Source: Reclinomonas americana ATCC 50394 (taxonomy: Eukaryota). Taken from it: a DNA stretch of 64,000 nucleotides. Location: NCBI GenBank assembly GCA_048213135.1, contig PS015009.1, positions 1,488,001-1,552,000 of the forward strand, given 5' to 3'. Position 1 is the stretch's first letter; every line of letters starts with the position of its first letter. Both the position numbers and the translations under genes were made by a program. Below are positions 41,440-51,177 of the stretch, in pieces. The notes under the pieces are model-generated. The model was not told the DNA's origin and searched no databases. It was given only the letters and a program-made list of their open reading frames with translations.

Positions 41440-41636
41440 AAGGATGTCGTCAAATATCTTGCGGTTGAAAACTCCGTCTTCAAACTTAGTTGCAACTCTT
41501 CCTTCCTCGATGTCATTTCCTGCTGTGCCTGTTCGGTTTTTTGCCCCCACTGGGTGCGGCCGGCCGATTTGCCCAGCAGCCAGCCAATAAGGGCGCCGAC
41601 GGCCAGCCCTGCGATGAGGTATAAGATCATGTCCAT
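41440..41636 (-). pseudogene. Probable RmuC N-terminal remnant
   Basis: TM anchor LIAGLAVGALIGWLL, short coiled coil ending SLKTEF, and NRKIFDD in a shifted frame resembling RmuC EF.NLAN.IF. Confidence 0.4.
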
Positions 41637-41788
41637 AATAGTTGTATTGATAAACAAAGGCCTCCTTTACAGAAGACCTCTATTAGGTGCGTGCAAAATT
41701 AAATGTACTACAAGTTTTGCAGCGGTCTTGCTACAATTTGCTTTAGCTGATGTACAAATCGCGGTTGCGTTGTTGTTATGTAAACCGC

Positions 41789-42124
41789 TTATGCCAGGTC
41801 ATCCACAGCAGCGTTTGGCGCATCGTTTTTTACAGCAGCTATGCCGTTCTCTCTTGCTGCTGGCGATGTATAGCCTTCACTTCTTCCAATAATTTCGCCA
41901 TTACCGGCCTTCAGGTTAAACCGATAGTTATTGGTTTCATCCTTGCGTTCGTACCGGTTGTCGTTGGGCGCATTTTCCTTTACAGAGTCAATACCATTGC
42001 GGCACGATTGTTTTGTGGTGTAACCTTCGCTGCCTAAAATAATTTTGCCATTGCCGGCTTTTAAGCGGAAATAGTATTGTGCGTTGGCGCTGCTTTTAAA
42101 TAGCTCGAATACAGGATTGCTCAT
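41789..42124 (-). CDS. YegP/DUF1508 tandem-repeat protein
   Basis: Two F.LKAGNG.IIG.SEGY repeats. Confidence 0.92.
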   Translation of the reverse strand: MSNPVFELFKSSANAQYYFRLKAGNGKIILGSEGYTTKQSCRNGIDSVKENAPNDNRYERKDETNNYRFNLKAGNGEIIGRSEGYTSPAARENGIAAVKNDAPNAAVDDLA

Positions 42125-42148
42125 AATCGCTTTTTAAATAAAATAGAA

Positions 42149-42355
42149 TTACTGTTTATGACAACTGGTGCTGCAAATTTCGCAACCGTCCACATCATCA
42201 TAATGTTTTTCTGCTTCTTTTACTGCATCCTTACAGTTGGAAAACTCACCTAAATACTTCCTGTTTTCCGAATCGGGGAGATAGCGGCAGTCTTCATGAT
42301 GCACTTCATGGTCGCCATTGCTTTGGGCTTTTTTGTTTACATAATACTTTTTCAT
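42149..42355 (-). CDS. Small Cys/His-rich hypothetical protein
   Basis: YYVNKKAQSNGDHEVH..DC...DGCEIC. Confidence 0.75.
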   Translation of the reverse strand: MKKYYVNKKAQSNGDHEVHHEDCRYLPDSENRKYLGEFSNCKDAVKEAEKHYDDVDGCEICSTSCHKQ

Positions 42356-42377
42356 ATTGATATATTTTTATTGGTTT

Positions 42378-42421
42378 CGAAAATAACGCTTGCCTCACAG
42401 CCTGCTTTACGGTAAACCGTA
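42378..42421 (-). promoter_or_regulatory. TACGG-N4-CCGTA box plus -7 element (copy 1)
   Basis: TACGGTAAACCGTA 42408-42421, 22 bp, TATTTTCG (minus) 42378-42385. Confidence 0.7.
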
Positions 42422-42559
42422 CAACCAACAGCCATTCGCCCAATAATTTTTGTAACTTAAATCGTCATTTCCCTATGGCCCAGGATACCAAAACTGATTA
42501 CACCATTGGAGAAGTTGATGGAGAAATAATGTTGCATAACTTAACACCTAACTATCAAA

Positions 42560-42800
42560 ATGGCGAAGAAAGAACTGCAGGCCCTGGTAGCAGAGCAAAA
42601 GATACTCAACCGCATATATGTTATTCGCAGGCAAAAAGTAATGCTTGACCGTGACCTTGCCGAAATGTATGGCGTGGAAACAAAAGTGTTTAACCAAAGT
42701 GTAAAAAGAAACCTTGAACGTTTTCCCAAAGATTTTATGTTTGCCCTTACTGAAAAAGAATAGGAAAACTTGAGGTCGCAATTTGCGACCTCAAGTTGGG
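42560..42800 (+). pseudogene. ORF6N-domain protein, nonsense-truncated
   Basis: IYVIRRQKVMLDRDLAEMYGVETK.FNQSVKRNLERFP; TAG at 42761 in place of Trp, followed in frame by ENLRSQFATSSW. Confidence 0.85.
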
Positions 42801-42851
42801 TTAGTATTATTCACCCCAGCTTTCGGGAGACCGTTTTCGCTTCTTTACCGC

Positions 42852-44006
42852 TTAAATAGGCCGCAATGCTTTAATGGTATGTTGATAGCTCAAAAAGGCC
42901 TCGGCAAAAGCCTCGGCAAATTCATAGTTGCTGAATTCATATTCTTCGTTAAGCCCCGTGGAGGTTTGCAAAGCAATGTTGCCATAGCGAACGATGGGTA
43001 TTTCGTAATTGTCTTTAAAGCGCTTATCGGGGGTTCCATTCTTATTTACCTTAGCCCACGTGCGGTCTATAATTTTGCTATCGGCAGGTACGGTGCCCGT
43101 TTCAATAAAGCGTGCGGGGGTAAACCTAAACTGCAATTCGTTTAGCCCTATAATAGCAAACTTTTCCTTTGAAGAATAAACGATAATAAAGTTGGGGTAA
43201 AAGTAAATATCGGCCCCATTGCCATTTTGAAAATACAACGGGTTAAAATTTGCTTTAATGTCTGGTATCTCTTTCAACTGAAGATGAACCTCTTTCTTGC
43301 TTACCACTACCGACGCGGCTGACCGGGTAACCACCCTGTTTTGATCGTAAGCGCTTGTTACATCCCAGGTTTTATGGGAGGAACACAGCTTTTTAAAAGA
43401 TTCCACCACGCTGGTATAGCCCTTTAGCAAGTCGTCTTCAAATATAAAGTCGAGCTGTACGGCGCTGTTTTCCATTTGCTCCTGTATTTGGCCGATGGCT
43501 TCTTTTTGGTTAGAGATGTCTTCCTTTATTTTTTGCGCAATGGATCTTTTAATAATGCCGTACAGCAATACATAGCTAACGGTAAGCCGGTTTTTTGACC
43601 TGGCCAGCGATTTTTTTACGTCATGCAGGTCCGTTGCCAGTGTAAGGCGCTGATCGTGTGCGGTAAGAATGGTTTCCTTTACGCCCTGCATATCCTGCGA
43701 GGTTATCTGCTGCGGGTCTGCACTAAAGATATTGTCTGCCGGTAGTGCGGGGTTATACACAGGCAGGGCTTCCGGTTCATCATCGTGTACGGGAACAGCG
43801 CCCGGCGCAGACGGTTTGGTACTGCCGCCCAGCTTTTGACGGCTGTAGATACCCAGGCCCGGGATGCCAGCGTTGAGATAGGTGCCATTTTTACCCATCG
43901 TTATGCTTGCGCCCTTTACACCTATGGAAGTGCTGATGCCGATTTTGCTAAAATTTAAATGTACGCCCGGGATTATTTTTATCCGCCGCCTGTAGCTCCA
44001 TGCCAT
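42852..44006 (-). CDS. DUF4236-domain protein
   Basis: N-terminal RRRIKIIPGVHLNFSKIGISTSIG; C-terminal NKNGTPDKRFKDN. Confidence 0.85.
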   Translation of the reverse strand: MAWSYRRRIKIIPGVHLNFSKIGISTSIGVKGASITMGKNGTYLNAGIPGLGIYSRQKLGGSTKPSAPGAVPVHDDEPEALPVYNPALPADNIFSADPQQITSQDMQGVKETILTAHDQRLTLATDLHDVKKSLARSKNRLTVSYVLLYGIIKRSIAQKIKEDISNQKEAIGQIQEQMENSAVQLDFIFEDDLLKGYTSVVESFKKLCSSHKTWDVTSAYDQNRVVTRSAASVVVSKKEVHLQLKEIPDIKANFNPLYFQNGNGADIYFYPNFIIVYSSKEKFAIIGLNELQFRFTPARFIETGTVPADSKIIDRTWAKVNKNGTPDKRFKDNYEIPIVRYGNIALQTSTGLNEEYEFSNYEFAEAFAEAFLSYQHTIKALRPI

Positions 44007-44064
44007 AAGTTGAATTTTTTAAGTTGACGGCCGATTAACTATGTATTGCCATAGCGGCCGGGGC

Positions 44065-44108
44065 TAAAAATAGTAGCAGCCGGGTGTAAACAATTACGGG
44101 AAACCGTA
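44065..44108 (-). promoter_or_regulatory. TACGG-N4-CCGTA box plus -7 element (copy 2)
   Basis: TACGGGAAACCGTA 44095-44108, 22 bp, TATTTTTA (minus) 44065-44072. Confidence 0.7.
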
Positions 44109-44212
44109 TGCCGGCCAAAGCCATTTACTTACTTGCTATATAGTAATTTGACAAGTACATTTACCAGATATTTGTGTAACTTTCCTTTCCACCAAAACAT
44201 AAAATTTTTCCT

Positions 44213-44632
44213 ATGACGCATACTACCAAAGCTGACCGAAAAGTGCATGAAGGCCGCAACATAAAACGCTTCCGCGAAATGCTGGGCATAAAGCAGGATG
44301 CCCTGGCCATAGAGCTGGGCGACGACTGGAACCAGCAAAAAGTTTCTTTGCTTGAGCAAAAAGAAACCATTGATGCCTCGCTGCTGCAACAAATTTCCGC
44401 GGCATTAAAAATACCGGTGGAGGCGATACAGAATTTTGATGAAGAGCAGGCGGTGAATGTGATTGCAAGCACGTTCAATGACAATGCTCAGGTAGGCGCT
44501 GTAATCAATAATTATAACCCTGTTGACGCAGTTTTAAAACTTCATGAAGAGAAGATGGCGCTGTATGAAAGGATGTTGAAGGAGAAGGAGGAGGTGATGG
44601 TGAGGTTGGAGAGATTAATTGAGAAAAGGTAA
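44213..44632 (+). CDS. XRE-family HTH transcriptional regulator
   Basis: HEGRNIKRFREMLGIKQDALA...QQKVSLLEQKE. Confidence 0.9.
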   Translation: MTHTTKADRKVHEGRNIKRFREMLGIKQDALAIELGDDWNQQKVSLLEQKETIDASLLQQISAALKIPVEAIQNFDEEQAVNVIASTFNDNAQVGAVINNYNPVDAVLKLHEEKMALYERMLKEKEEVMVRLERLIEKR

Positions 44633-44642
44633 AGAGATATTT

Positions 44643-45359
44643 ATGGATTTTTCGCTTACCGGTGGAGTATTAATAATTGGTTCTTTGCTTTGGGATACTC
44701 ATGAGCTTCGCGATAACTGGCGAAACACTTGCTTAGATGTTGAGAAAGGCTTGTATGTGCCTGCACCTATACGATATGGCAGAGTATCTAATGAAAGACA
44801 TTGTACTTTTTCAATGGTCTTTTCTACCGAATGTAATAATGCAATTCAGCAAGGTAAAGCATTCTTTGTGCCATTTAGAAACAACCCTGTAGATTTAAAG
44901 AAGATTAAATTTCATGCAAATGAGTTAATAAAAGTTGAACACAAAAAGGAGACATTGGACTTTGATAGGTATAATTGGTCTTGGGGTACACTAGCAATTG
45001 CTGTAAACCCTACAATTCTAGATAAAGCGTCGGAAAAGTATGATCAAGCCCAATTGTTACTTGACTTTTGGGCTAAGCGTTATGGCAACGGCTTTAACCC
45101 CGATGATTATAAAATTGGGCAAGAAGTGCCAGCCGTAAACAAACAGGGGATTCTTTCATTTCAATGGGTGGATGAACTTAAGGATTTCGATTTTCTAATT
45201 GCAACAGCAACAAAGCCCAATCGTGATGCATACCCTATAGCTAAAAACATTTCAGATAGGATGATTGCAAACGAGTATTCTGAATATTTTGATAAAAATG
45301 TTGAGCATGGTATTACAACCTATCAGGATAACGAAATTACAACTTTTCTTGGTAGATAG
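44643..45359 (+). CDS. Hypothetical protein
   Basis: AT-rich ORF of about 238 aa; GVLIIGSLLWD, PIRYGRVS. Confidence 0.7.
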   Translation: MDFSLTGGVLIIGSLLWDTHELRDNWRNTCLDVEKGLYVPAPIRYGRVSNERHCTFSMVFSTECNNAIQQGKAFFVPFRNNPVDLKKIKFHANELIKVEHKKETLDFDRYNWSWGTLAIAVNPTILDKASEKYDQAQLLLDFWAKRYGNGFNPDDYKIGQEVPAVNKQGILSFQWVDELKDFDFLIATATKPNRDAYPIAKNISDRMIANEYSEYFDKNVEHGITTYQDNEITTFLGR

Positions 45360-45445
45360 ATAATTCATAACCAGTAATTTGCACAGCTAATAATTATTGA
45401 AATAATAAACTCAAAAACAACCGTAATTTTGCGGCTATTTTAACT

Positions 45446-46297
45446 ATGGCTATTCCGAAGCAGAAAGATAAAGCAAGACAATATGCGCCTTCAACCATCA
45501 GAAGGTTAGATACTCTTTCTGGTAATGAATGTGCCCATCCGGAGTGCATTAAGAAGCTGATAGCTGGCGACGGAATATCAATAATCAGCAAAATTTGCCA
45601 TATTGCTGCAGCCAGTAAAGATGGCCCCCGGTTTGATGAATCAATGACAGATGATGATAGAAGAAGTTTTGAAAATCTAATCTTGTTATGCGATGAGCAT
45701 CATGTAATAATTGATAATAAGCAAAATGAAAGTAAATACCCTACCCCATTACTAAAAAAATGGAAGAGTGACCATGAAACAAAAATTAGAGAGTTGACAG
45801 CTTCTAAGAACTTATTGTCCCGCCATCCTTTAGCATTGAATAAAGTAATCAATTCTATTGGAAAAAAAATGGATGAGATTTTGGACTTGCCGGAAGCTAC
45901 TAATGCCCCTAACCCGGATGAAAAAATAGCTCACAATAATGTTATTAGGTATGATTCTATTGTCAGGGAATTTGCAGCATATCAAGGGAAGCTCAATAAA
46001 ATATATGAAGAAATAGAGAAAGAAGGTTCTACCAAAAAGGAGCTTGTATTACACAATATAAAGAGCTTATATTATGACGTCAAAAAAGCATACCCAACTA
46101 TTGACGATGTAAGGAACAATGCAGACAATATATTTGATAAAGTAATTGAAAAAATTTGGGACAGCATGGAGAAAGCCCCAAACAAAATTGATGAGTTTGA
46201 CCAGGAAACTATTGATTTCAGCGTAATGATTGTTGTTGTAGATGCGTTTATGCGGTGTAATATTTTGGAGGAGCCACCTAAAATACAATCAGTATGA
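45446..46297 (+). CDS. Lamassu/ABC-three-component effector: HNH nuclease plus CTD (LmuA-like)
   Basis: SGNECAHPEC, ICHIAAAS..GPRF, NLILLCDEHHVIID; C-terminal DAFMRCNILEEP. Confidence 0.8.
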   Translation: MAIPKQKDKARQYAPSTIRRLDTLSGNECAHPECIKKLIAGDGISIISKICHIAAASKDGPRFDESMTDDDRRSFENLILLCDEHHVIIDNKQNESKYPTPLLKKWKSDHETKIRELTASKNLLSRHPLALNKVINSIGKKMDEILDLPEATNAPNPDEKIAHNNVIRYDSIVREFAAYQGKLNKIYEEIEKEGSTKKELVLHNIKSLYYDVKKAYPTIDDVRNNADNIFDKVIEKIWDSMEKAPNKIDEFDQETIDFSVMIVVVDAFMRCNILEEPPKIQSV

Positions 46298-46527
46298 TAA
46301 TAGATAAAAATGTAAATCCGGAAAGGGATTTGTATTATTTGGGAAGTATGCTCATTGATGTACTTTCACAAAAGAAGAACAAAGAAATTGATTACATAGA
46401 ACTTTATAAGGCATTCAGACAAAAGCAAGAAATTACTATAAATTTATATTCGCTAACTTTAGATTGGTTGTTTATATTAGGTTTGGTAGAGAAAGGCGAA
46501 AAGGGTAAAATTAAAAGATGTTTTTAA
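46294..46527 (+). CDS. ABC-three-component middle component (LmuC-like)
   Basis: 77 aa, overlaps both neighbours, LYYLG...LTLDWLFILGLV. Confidence 0.75.
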   Translation: MIIDKNVNPERDLYYLGSMLIDVLSQKKNKEIDYIELYKAFRQKQEITINLYSLTLDWLFILGLVEKGEKGKIKRCF

Positions 46528-48215
46528 AAGAGCTTACAATAGAAAACAAGGCAGGAGTAATCCGCACCATTGAGTTTCATAAGGGACTTAATTTGATCGT
46601 TGATGAAACTCCTGAAGACAATAAGAGGAGCACTGGCAATAATGTAGGCAAAACTACAGTTCTTCGGCTTGTAGATTTTTGCCTAGGTTCCAGCGGAAAG
46701 AATATTTATCAGGACTCAGAGTTTAAAGAGCGAGAAAATAGCACAATTAAAGATTTTCTAATTGACACAGAAACTACAATCATTTTAGATATTGTAGACG
46801 ATTTAGACTTCCCTACTGAATCTATAGTTATAAAAAAGAATTTTCTGAAGTACGCTAAAAAGACTCAGGAAATAAATGGAGAAAGCATAAAAGACGACAA
46901 AGAGTTTGATTTAAAACTAAAGGAGTTGATATTTAAAACGTCTGTAGAGAAGCCAACTTTTAAGCAAATCATTTCTAAAAATATTAGGGACGAAAAAAAT
47001 AAGCTAACAAATATTGTCAAGGTTCTAAATGCTTATACCAAAACTGAAGAATATGAAGCGTTGTTTCTTTTTTGGTTGGGTATTAATACTGACACTCACA
47101 ATCATAAGGAGTTATTAGGCAAGGAAAAAACACGGGAGGAAAATTTTCAGAAAAGATTAAAAAGAGAAGGAGAACTCTCCTTGATTGAACAGCAATTAGA
47201 ACTGGTTAATTCAAAAATAGAAGAATTACGTCAGGCGAAATTGAACTATAACTTCAACGAGAAATTTGATACTCAGATCAAGGAATTAAATGAAGTAAAA
47301 TTGCGTCTTTCACAACTCTCAACAGAGTTTAGCAGACTAAACATGAGAAGGGATTTGATTTCGGAGAGCAAGGTTGATTTAGAAAAGGAAAAAACAAACA
47401 TTAATGTAAATCAAATTGAGATGCTTTACAAGAAGGCGTCCAAGTTAATTCCGAGCATACAAGTTTCTTTCCAAGAAACAGTGCATTTTCATAATGACTT
47501 GATTAATGAAAAGATAAAATATATAACTAAAGAGTTACCGTCTCTTATTGAACAATTGCAATCTATAAGCAGAGAAGTTACCGGATTAAGAAAAAGAGAA
47601 AAACAATTGTCTGAATTCATAAGTGCGTCGGAGTATAGCGAAGATTATGAGCGTATATTACTTGAATTAAATAGTCTGTTTGAAAAAAAGGGAACTCTTG
47701 AGGAACGGAAACGATATTGGATAACTTCTAATCAAAAATTAGAACGGATTAATAGCGAACTAGAGTCTATAAACTCTGCTATAAACTCAAAAGATAGCTT
47801 GATTCAGAAAAGAGTAACGCTATTCAATAAATATTTTACTAAGATTTCAAGCGAACTATATGGGGAAGAATACTTATTAAGTACGCTGAAAAATGACAAA
47901 GGGTATGATTTGATTGTCACAAATATTGAAGGAAATCCTAGTACAGGAAAAAAGAAGGGGCAAATTGCAGCCTTTGATTTTGCGTATATTCTTTTTGCTG
48001 AAGAAATTGAAATAAAATTTGTTCACTTCATCATGCACGACCAGTTAGAAAACATGCACGATAATCAACTAAGTACAATTTTGGTTAACCTGGCAAACTC
48101 AATTAATTGCCAATTTATTCTACCAATAGTAAGAGATAAAATACCTTCCGATATAGACATTGAAAAATACATAGTATTAAGATTGTCTGAAAGTGATAAA
48201 CTATTTAAAGCATAA
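46518..48215 (+). CDS. SMC-like ABC ATPase, DUF2326 type (LmuB-like)
   Basis: FHKGLNLIV, Walker A GNNVGKTT, long coiled coil, STGKKKG, Walker B FIMHD. Confidence 0.85.
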   Translation: MFLKELTIENKAGVIRTIEFHKGLNLIVDETPEDNKRSTGNNVGKTTVLRLVDFCLGSSGKNIYQDSEFKERENSTIKDFLIDTETTIILDIVDDLDFPTESIVIKKNFLKYAKKTQEINGESIKDDKEFDLKLKELIFKTSVEKPTFKQIISKNIRDEKNKLTNIVKVLNAYTKTEEYEALFLFWLGINTDTHNHKELLGKEKTREENFQKRLKREGELSLIEQQLELVNSKIEELRQAKLNYNFNEKFDTQIKELNEVKLRLSQLSTEFSRLNMRRDLISESKVDLEKEKTNINVNQIEMLYKKASKLIPSIQVSFQETVHFHNDLINEKIKYITKELPSLIEQLQSISREVTGLRKREKQLSEFISASEYSEDYERILLELNSLFEKKGTLEERKRYWITSNQKLERINSELESINSAINSKDSLIQKRVTLFNKYFTKISSELYGEEYLLSTLKNDKGYDLIVTNIEGNPSTGKKKGQIAAFDFAYILFAEEIEIKFVHFIMHDQLENMHDNQLSTILVNLANSINCQFILPIVRDKIPSDIDIEKYIVLRLSESDKLFKA

Positions 48216-48389
48216 GTTTGATTTTTTCTCTTGTAAAACTCAAAAAGTAAATACCCAGCTTCGCCGCTTATTTCCCAAGCCCACCCATCCCCTTGTATTT
48301 TACTGTAAGTACCAGCTGTAGGCACTCGCTTGTACTTTGCTACAGGCTTTTCGCTGCAATTCCTCACGCAAACAAACGTTTTTTTCTAA

Positions 48390-49223
48390 CTACCGCTTCA
48401 AGTGCAGCCATTGTGTTTCCTTATCCCATTGTCCGGGACGTGAGGTGAAAAGAGATGGTTTAAACCAAATGTTATTGAGTAAATTCAACAATCTGTTCGA
48501 TTTCAATAATCCCCCAGTATGTTCAGGTTCGGTTGCAATTGTTATTCCTTGTAACCGTTGAAATATCCATTGCATTAAAGAATTATTGTGGTTGAGCATT
48601 TCTTTAATTTTTTTTTCAGATAAGTAAGTATAATTGCCGCCCCCTCCTCCAACTTGTAAAGGGTTATTCAAAGTGAAAAAATCTAAATCAATATCGAAGT
48701 AAACATTGTTTTCTTCATTGGTTAAAAGACATTGTTCTAAATCCTGATACTTTTTAAATTTTTTTATCGTATGAATGTTGCCACATCTGTCTGTAATAAA
48801 TTCGTCTTCCCAATCACTTTCAAAAGAAGCTTGTCGACAATGCAGATATATGTCCCCAATGATATTTAAATAAGCCGCTGACATTATATGAGTATCATTC
48901 GCGCTTCTCAAATTAGCCCAGGAATATAATGCTACATCCTTATTATTGCTCAGCTCTAATTCTTTTAACCCTGCTTTTTCTTCATCAGTAGGGTAAACCA
49001 AATCCTGATGCCAATCTAAAGTAACCAAGCCTGGCGCATAACTTATACTATCTTCATTCATTAATTTTTGTGTCCATTTATTCCAAAAGAAAAAAGCATA
49101 CCTATGGTCATTAAAAATAGAAATTTCAATACTTTTTCTATCCGCATAAAATGGATGTGAAAGCAATTGACTTAATGAGCCGGGAGGTGTAACGTATTCA
49201 TCGCTGCGAAAATGTAAATCCAT
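48390..49223 (-). CDS. UPF0489-family (arginase/deacetylase-like) protein
   Basis: NDHRYAF, LDWHQDL, FDIDLDFF, ITIATEP. Confidence 0.7.
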   Translation of the reverse strand: MDLHFRSDEYVTPPGSLSQLLSHPFYADRKSIEISIFNDHRYAFFFWNKWTQKLMNEDSISYAPGLVTLDWHQDLVYPTDEEKAGLKELELSNNKDVALYSWANLRSANDTHIMSAAYLNIIGDIYLHCRQASFESDWEDEFITDRCGNIHTIKKFKKYQDLEQCLLTNEENNVYFDIDLDFFTLNNPLQVGGGGGNYTYLSEKKIKEMLNHNNSLMQWIFQRLQGITIATEPEHTGGLLKSNRLLNLLNNIWFKPSLFTSRPGQWDKETQWLHLKR

Positions 49224-49408
49224 TATGAGTAATTATTAATTCTATTTTGATAAGGTATTGTCAAGAAACTCATATCATATAAGTGGTTAGTCCCGCCGCC
49301 CTGGTTCATGGCCTCACGAGTCGGGAGCTCTAAAATTTTGCCTGAGAAGAAATACAACGACTTTCTCTACCAGAAGAAAGACTAAAAATTATAAAATCCT
49401 AACTGTAG

Positions 49409-50635
49409 CTATTTGAGTTTCAAAATATGCTCTTTAGATTTATTGAAAGTTTTCTTTTCCCAATCTGCTTCAGCTTTTTCATAAAATAATCGCTCGTATT
49501 GTTCAGAATCGCCCTGGCTCCCTAATGCAAGCAGACAATGTGAATATGTTGCATACAGCCATTTTAAATCTGAACGATTTTCGTACCCCTCTTCTTTAAA
49601 AACTTGTGATATGATTTCAATAATTGCCTCTCTTGTTTTTCGTGCTTCAATCTTAAAATATGTTTTTTCTTCACTGTCAGTTTCTTCTAAAGCCTTAAAA
49701 TCGCAGCATAATGCATAATTTTCACCAGTATAATAATCAGAATTTATCTGGAAACCTTTTCTATAATGTTTCATAGATCGATTTAGATATTCCATGTCGT
49801 TTTCCAAAAGCCACAAGTTTTTATAAATCGCTCCTGTGATACCTAATGTTTCAGGATCATTAGTGTCCTCTGGTTTCAAGAGATTAATTATTTGCAAAGC
49901 ATCTTGTAATGCGGTTCTTTCGGATGGTTTTTTGCTTTTATAAACAGCAAGGGCCCATTGCTGAATAAAGTAAGATTCATTTTCGACTTTCTCATGAGCC
50001 TTTTTCCACAAGTGCGCTGACTCTACAAAATTGCCCTTAATCATTTCTGATTTTGCGTGTTCCACCAAAGCAAATACATGCTTTTCTTTCTCTGCCAACT
50101 CTTTAATCATTTCCAAATAATCTTCTTTCGAAAGTTTATTTGGGGTTACAGATTTTAAATATTGAAAAAGCGGACTATCCACCTCGCTGGAATCTGTTAC
50201 CCTTTCAATTAATACTTTTAATGCTTTGACACATCTTTCAGCTTCTGTAGCGCCAATATCTTCACCCATGTGAGTGTAATGGAATATTTTATTATGATTG
50301 AGATCAAATGGAATTTTACTTTCATTTTCTTTCAAAATAATTGTAGAAAACGGTCTGGATGCATGACGTATACCTAGTTCATATAATGCATTCGGATTGA
50401 ATGTAGAGATATCAGCAATTACAATATCAGCGTGAATAAGCATTGCATACATACCTTTATCAATTACGCCACTCTCCTGAATTTCATCACCTCTTATACA
50501 TTCATAACCTGCAGCAATAACAGCGGGCTTAATAATGTTTGAGTATGTTTTATCTAAATCTAGGGTTTTACCAGTATCCGGATCAGTTTTTTTGCCATAC
50601 CCCATTATTATAAAACAAATTGGTTTATGTATCAT
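49409..50635 (-). CDS. DUF4071 protein: deoxyribohydrolase-like (ASK1-type) domain plus TPR array
   Basis: CFIIMGYGKK, IRGDEI, IADISTFNPNALYELGIRHA; TPR part DPETLGITGAIYK, YYTGENYA. Confidence 0.8.
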   Translation of the reverse strand: MIHKPICFIIMGYGKKTDPDTGKTLDLDKTYSNIIKPAVIAAGYECIRGDEIQESGVIDKGMYAMLIHADIVIADISTFNPNALYELGIRHASRPFSTIILKENESKIPFDLNHNKIFHYTHMGEDIGATEAERCVKALKVLIERVTDSSEVDSPLFQYLKSVTPNKLSKEDYLEMIKELAEKEKHVFALVEHAKSEMIKGNFVESAHLWKKAHEKVENESYFIQQWALAVYKSKKPSERTALQDALQIINLLKPEDTNDPETLGITGAIYKNLWLLENDMEYLNRSMKHYRKGFQINSDYYTGENYALCCDFKALEETDSEEKTYFKIEARKTREAIIEIISQVFKEEGYENRSDLKWLYATYSHCLLALGSQGDSEQYERLFYEKAEADWEKKTFNKSKEHILKLK

Positions 50636-50637
50636 GA

Positions 50638-51168
50638 TTAATTCTTTAAATTCTCAATAATTGTTTTGCTGTTAAAACCAATCACTCTGTCTGCCTGCTT
50701 ATACAAATCTTTTGGAACAAATGTTTTCCCCCATGGTCTAATTGCAATAATTTCCTTTCCCATTCTATCAGCTATTTCAATTTCTTTTTTTATCCAATAT
50801 CTGTTAGCGTAATCGCCCCCTAGAACTAAAACTTTGCTGCAACCTCGCATTTTATCTTCTATCCCTTTTTCAATCTGTTTCGCAGTAGAAGCATCTACAG
50901 GATTATCCCCTTCTATGCTATGATTGTAGAATTCAAACTTGTAATTCTTAAATTTTTTAATCAGGCTCCAGTAATCAGCATCATTTTTCCAGGAATGACT
51001 AATAAATATCCGTGGCCGAATTTTTGTTTTCTTATCCGGAGGGAATAAGTAATCAAACAGTGCTGACAGGAGGTGATACAATAATACTAGCCCACCAATA
51101 ACGATTATAAACCTAAGCCATTGGGGCATTTCTTCTTGCTGTGGTTGTTGTATGTTGAAAATATTCAT
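50638..51168 (-). CDS. TIR-domain protein (ThsB/DUF1863-like) with N-terminal TM helix
   Basis: TM residues about 18-42, RIFISHSW, WIKKEIEIA. Confidence 0.82.
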   Translation of the reverse strand: MNIFNIQQPQQEEMPQWLRFIIVIGGLVLLYHLLSALFDYLFPPDKKTKIRPRIFISHSWKNDADYWSLIKKFKNYKFEFYNHSIEGDNPVDASTAKQIEKGIEDKMRGCSKVLVLGGDYANRYWIKKEIEIADRMGKEIIAIRPWGKTFVPKDLYKQADRVIGFNSKTIIENLKN

Positions 51169-51177
51169 TTCAGATTT

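Noticed and set aside
49283-49330. Further tRNA-like remnant (GGTTAG TCCCG...CTGGTTCA...CGGGAGC)
   Set aside because: Matches are too short to distinguish from chance by eye.
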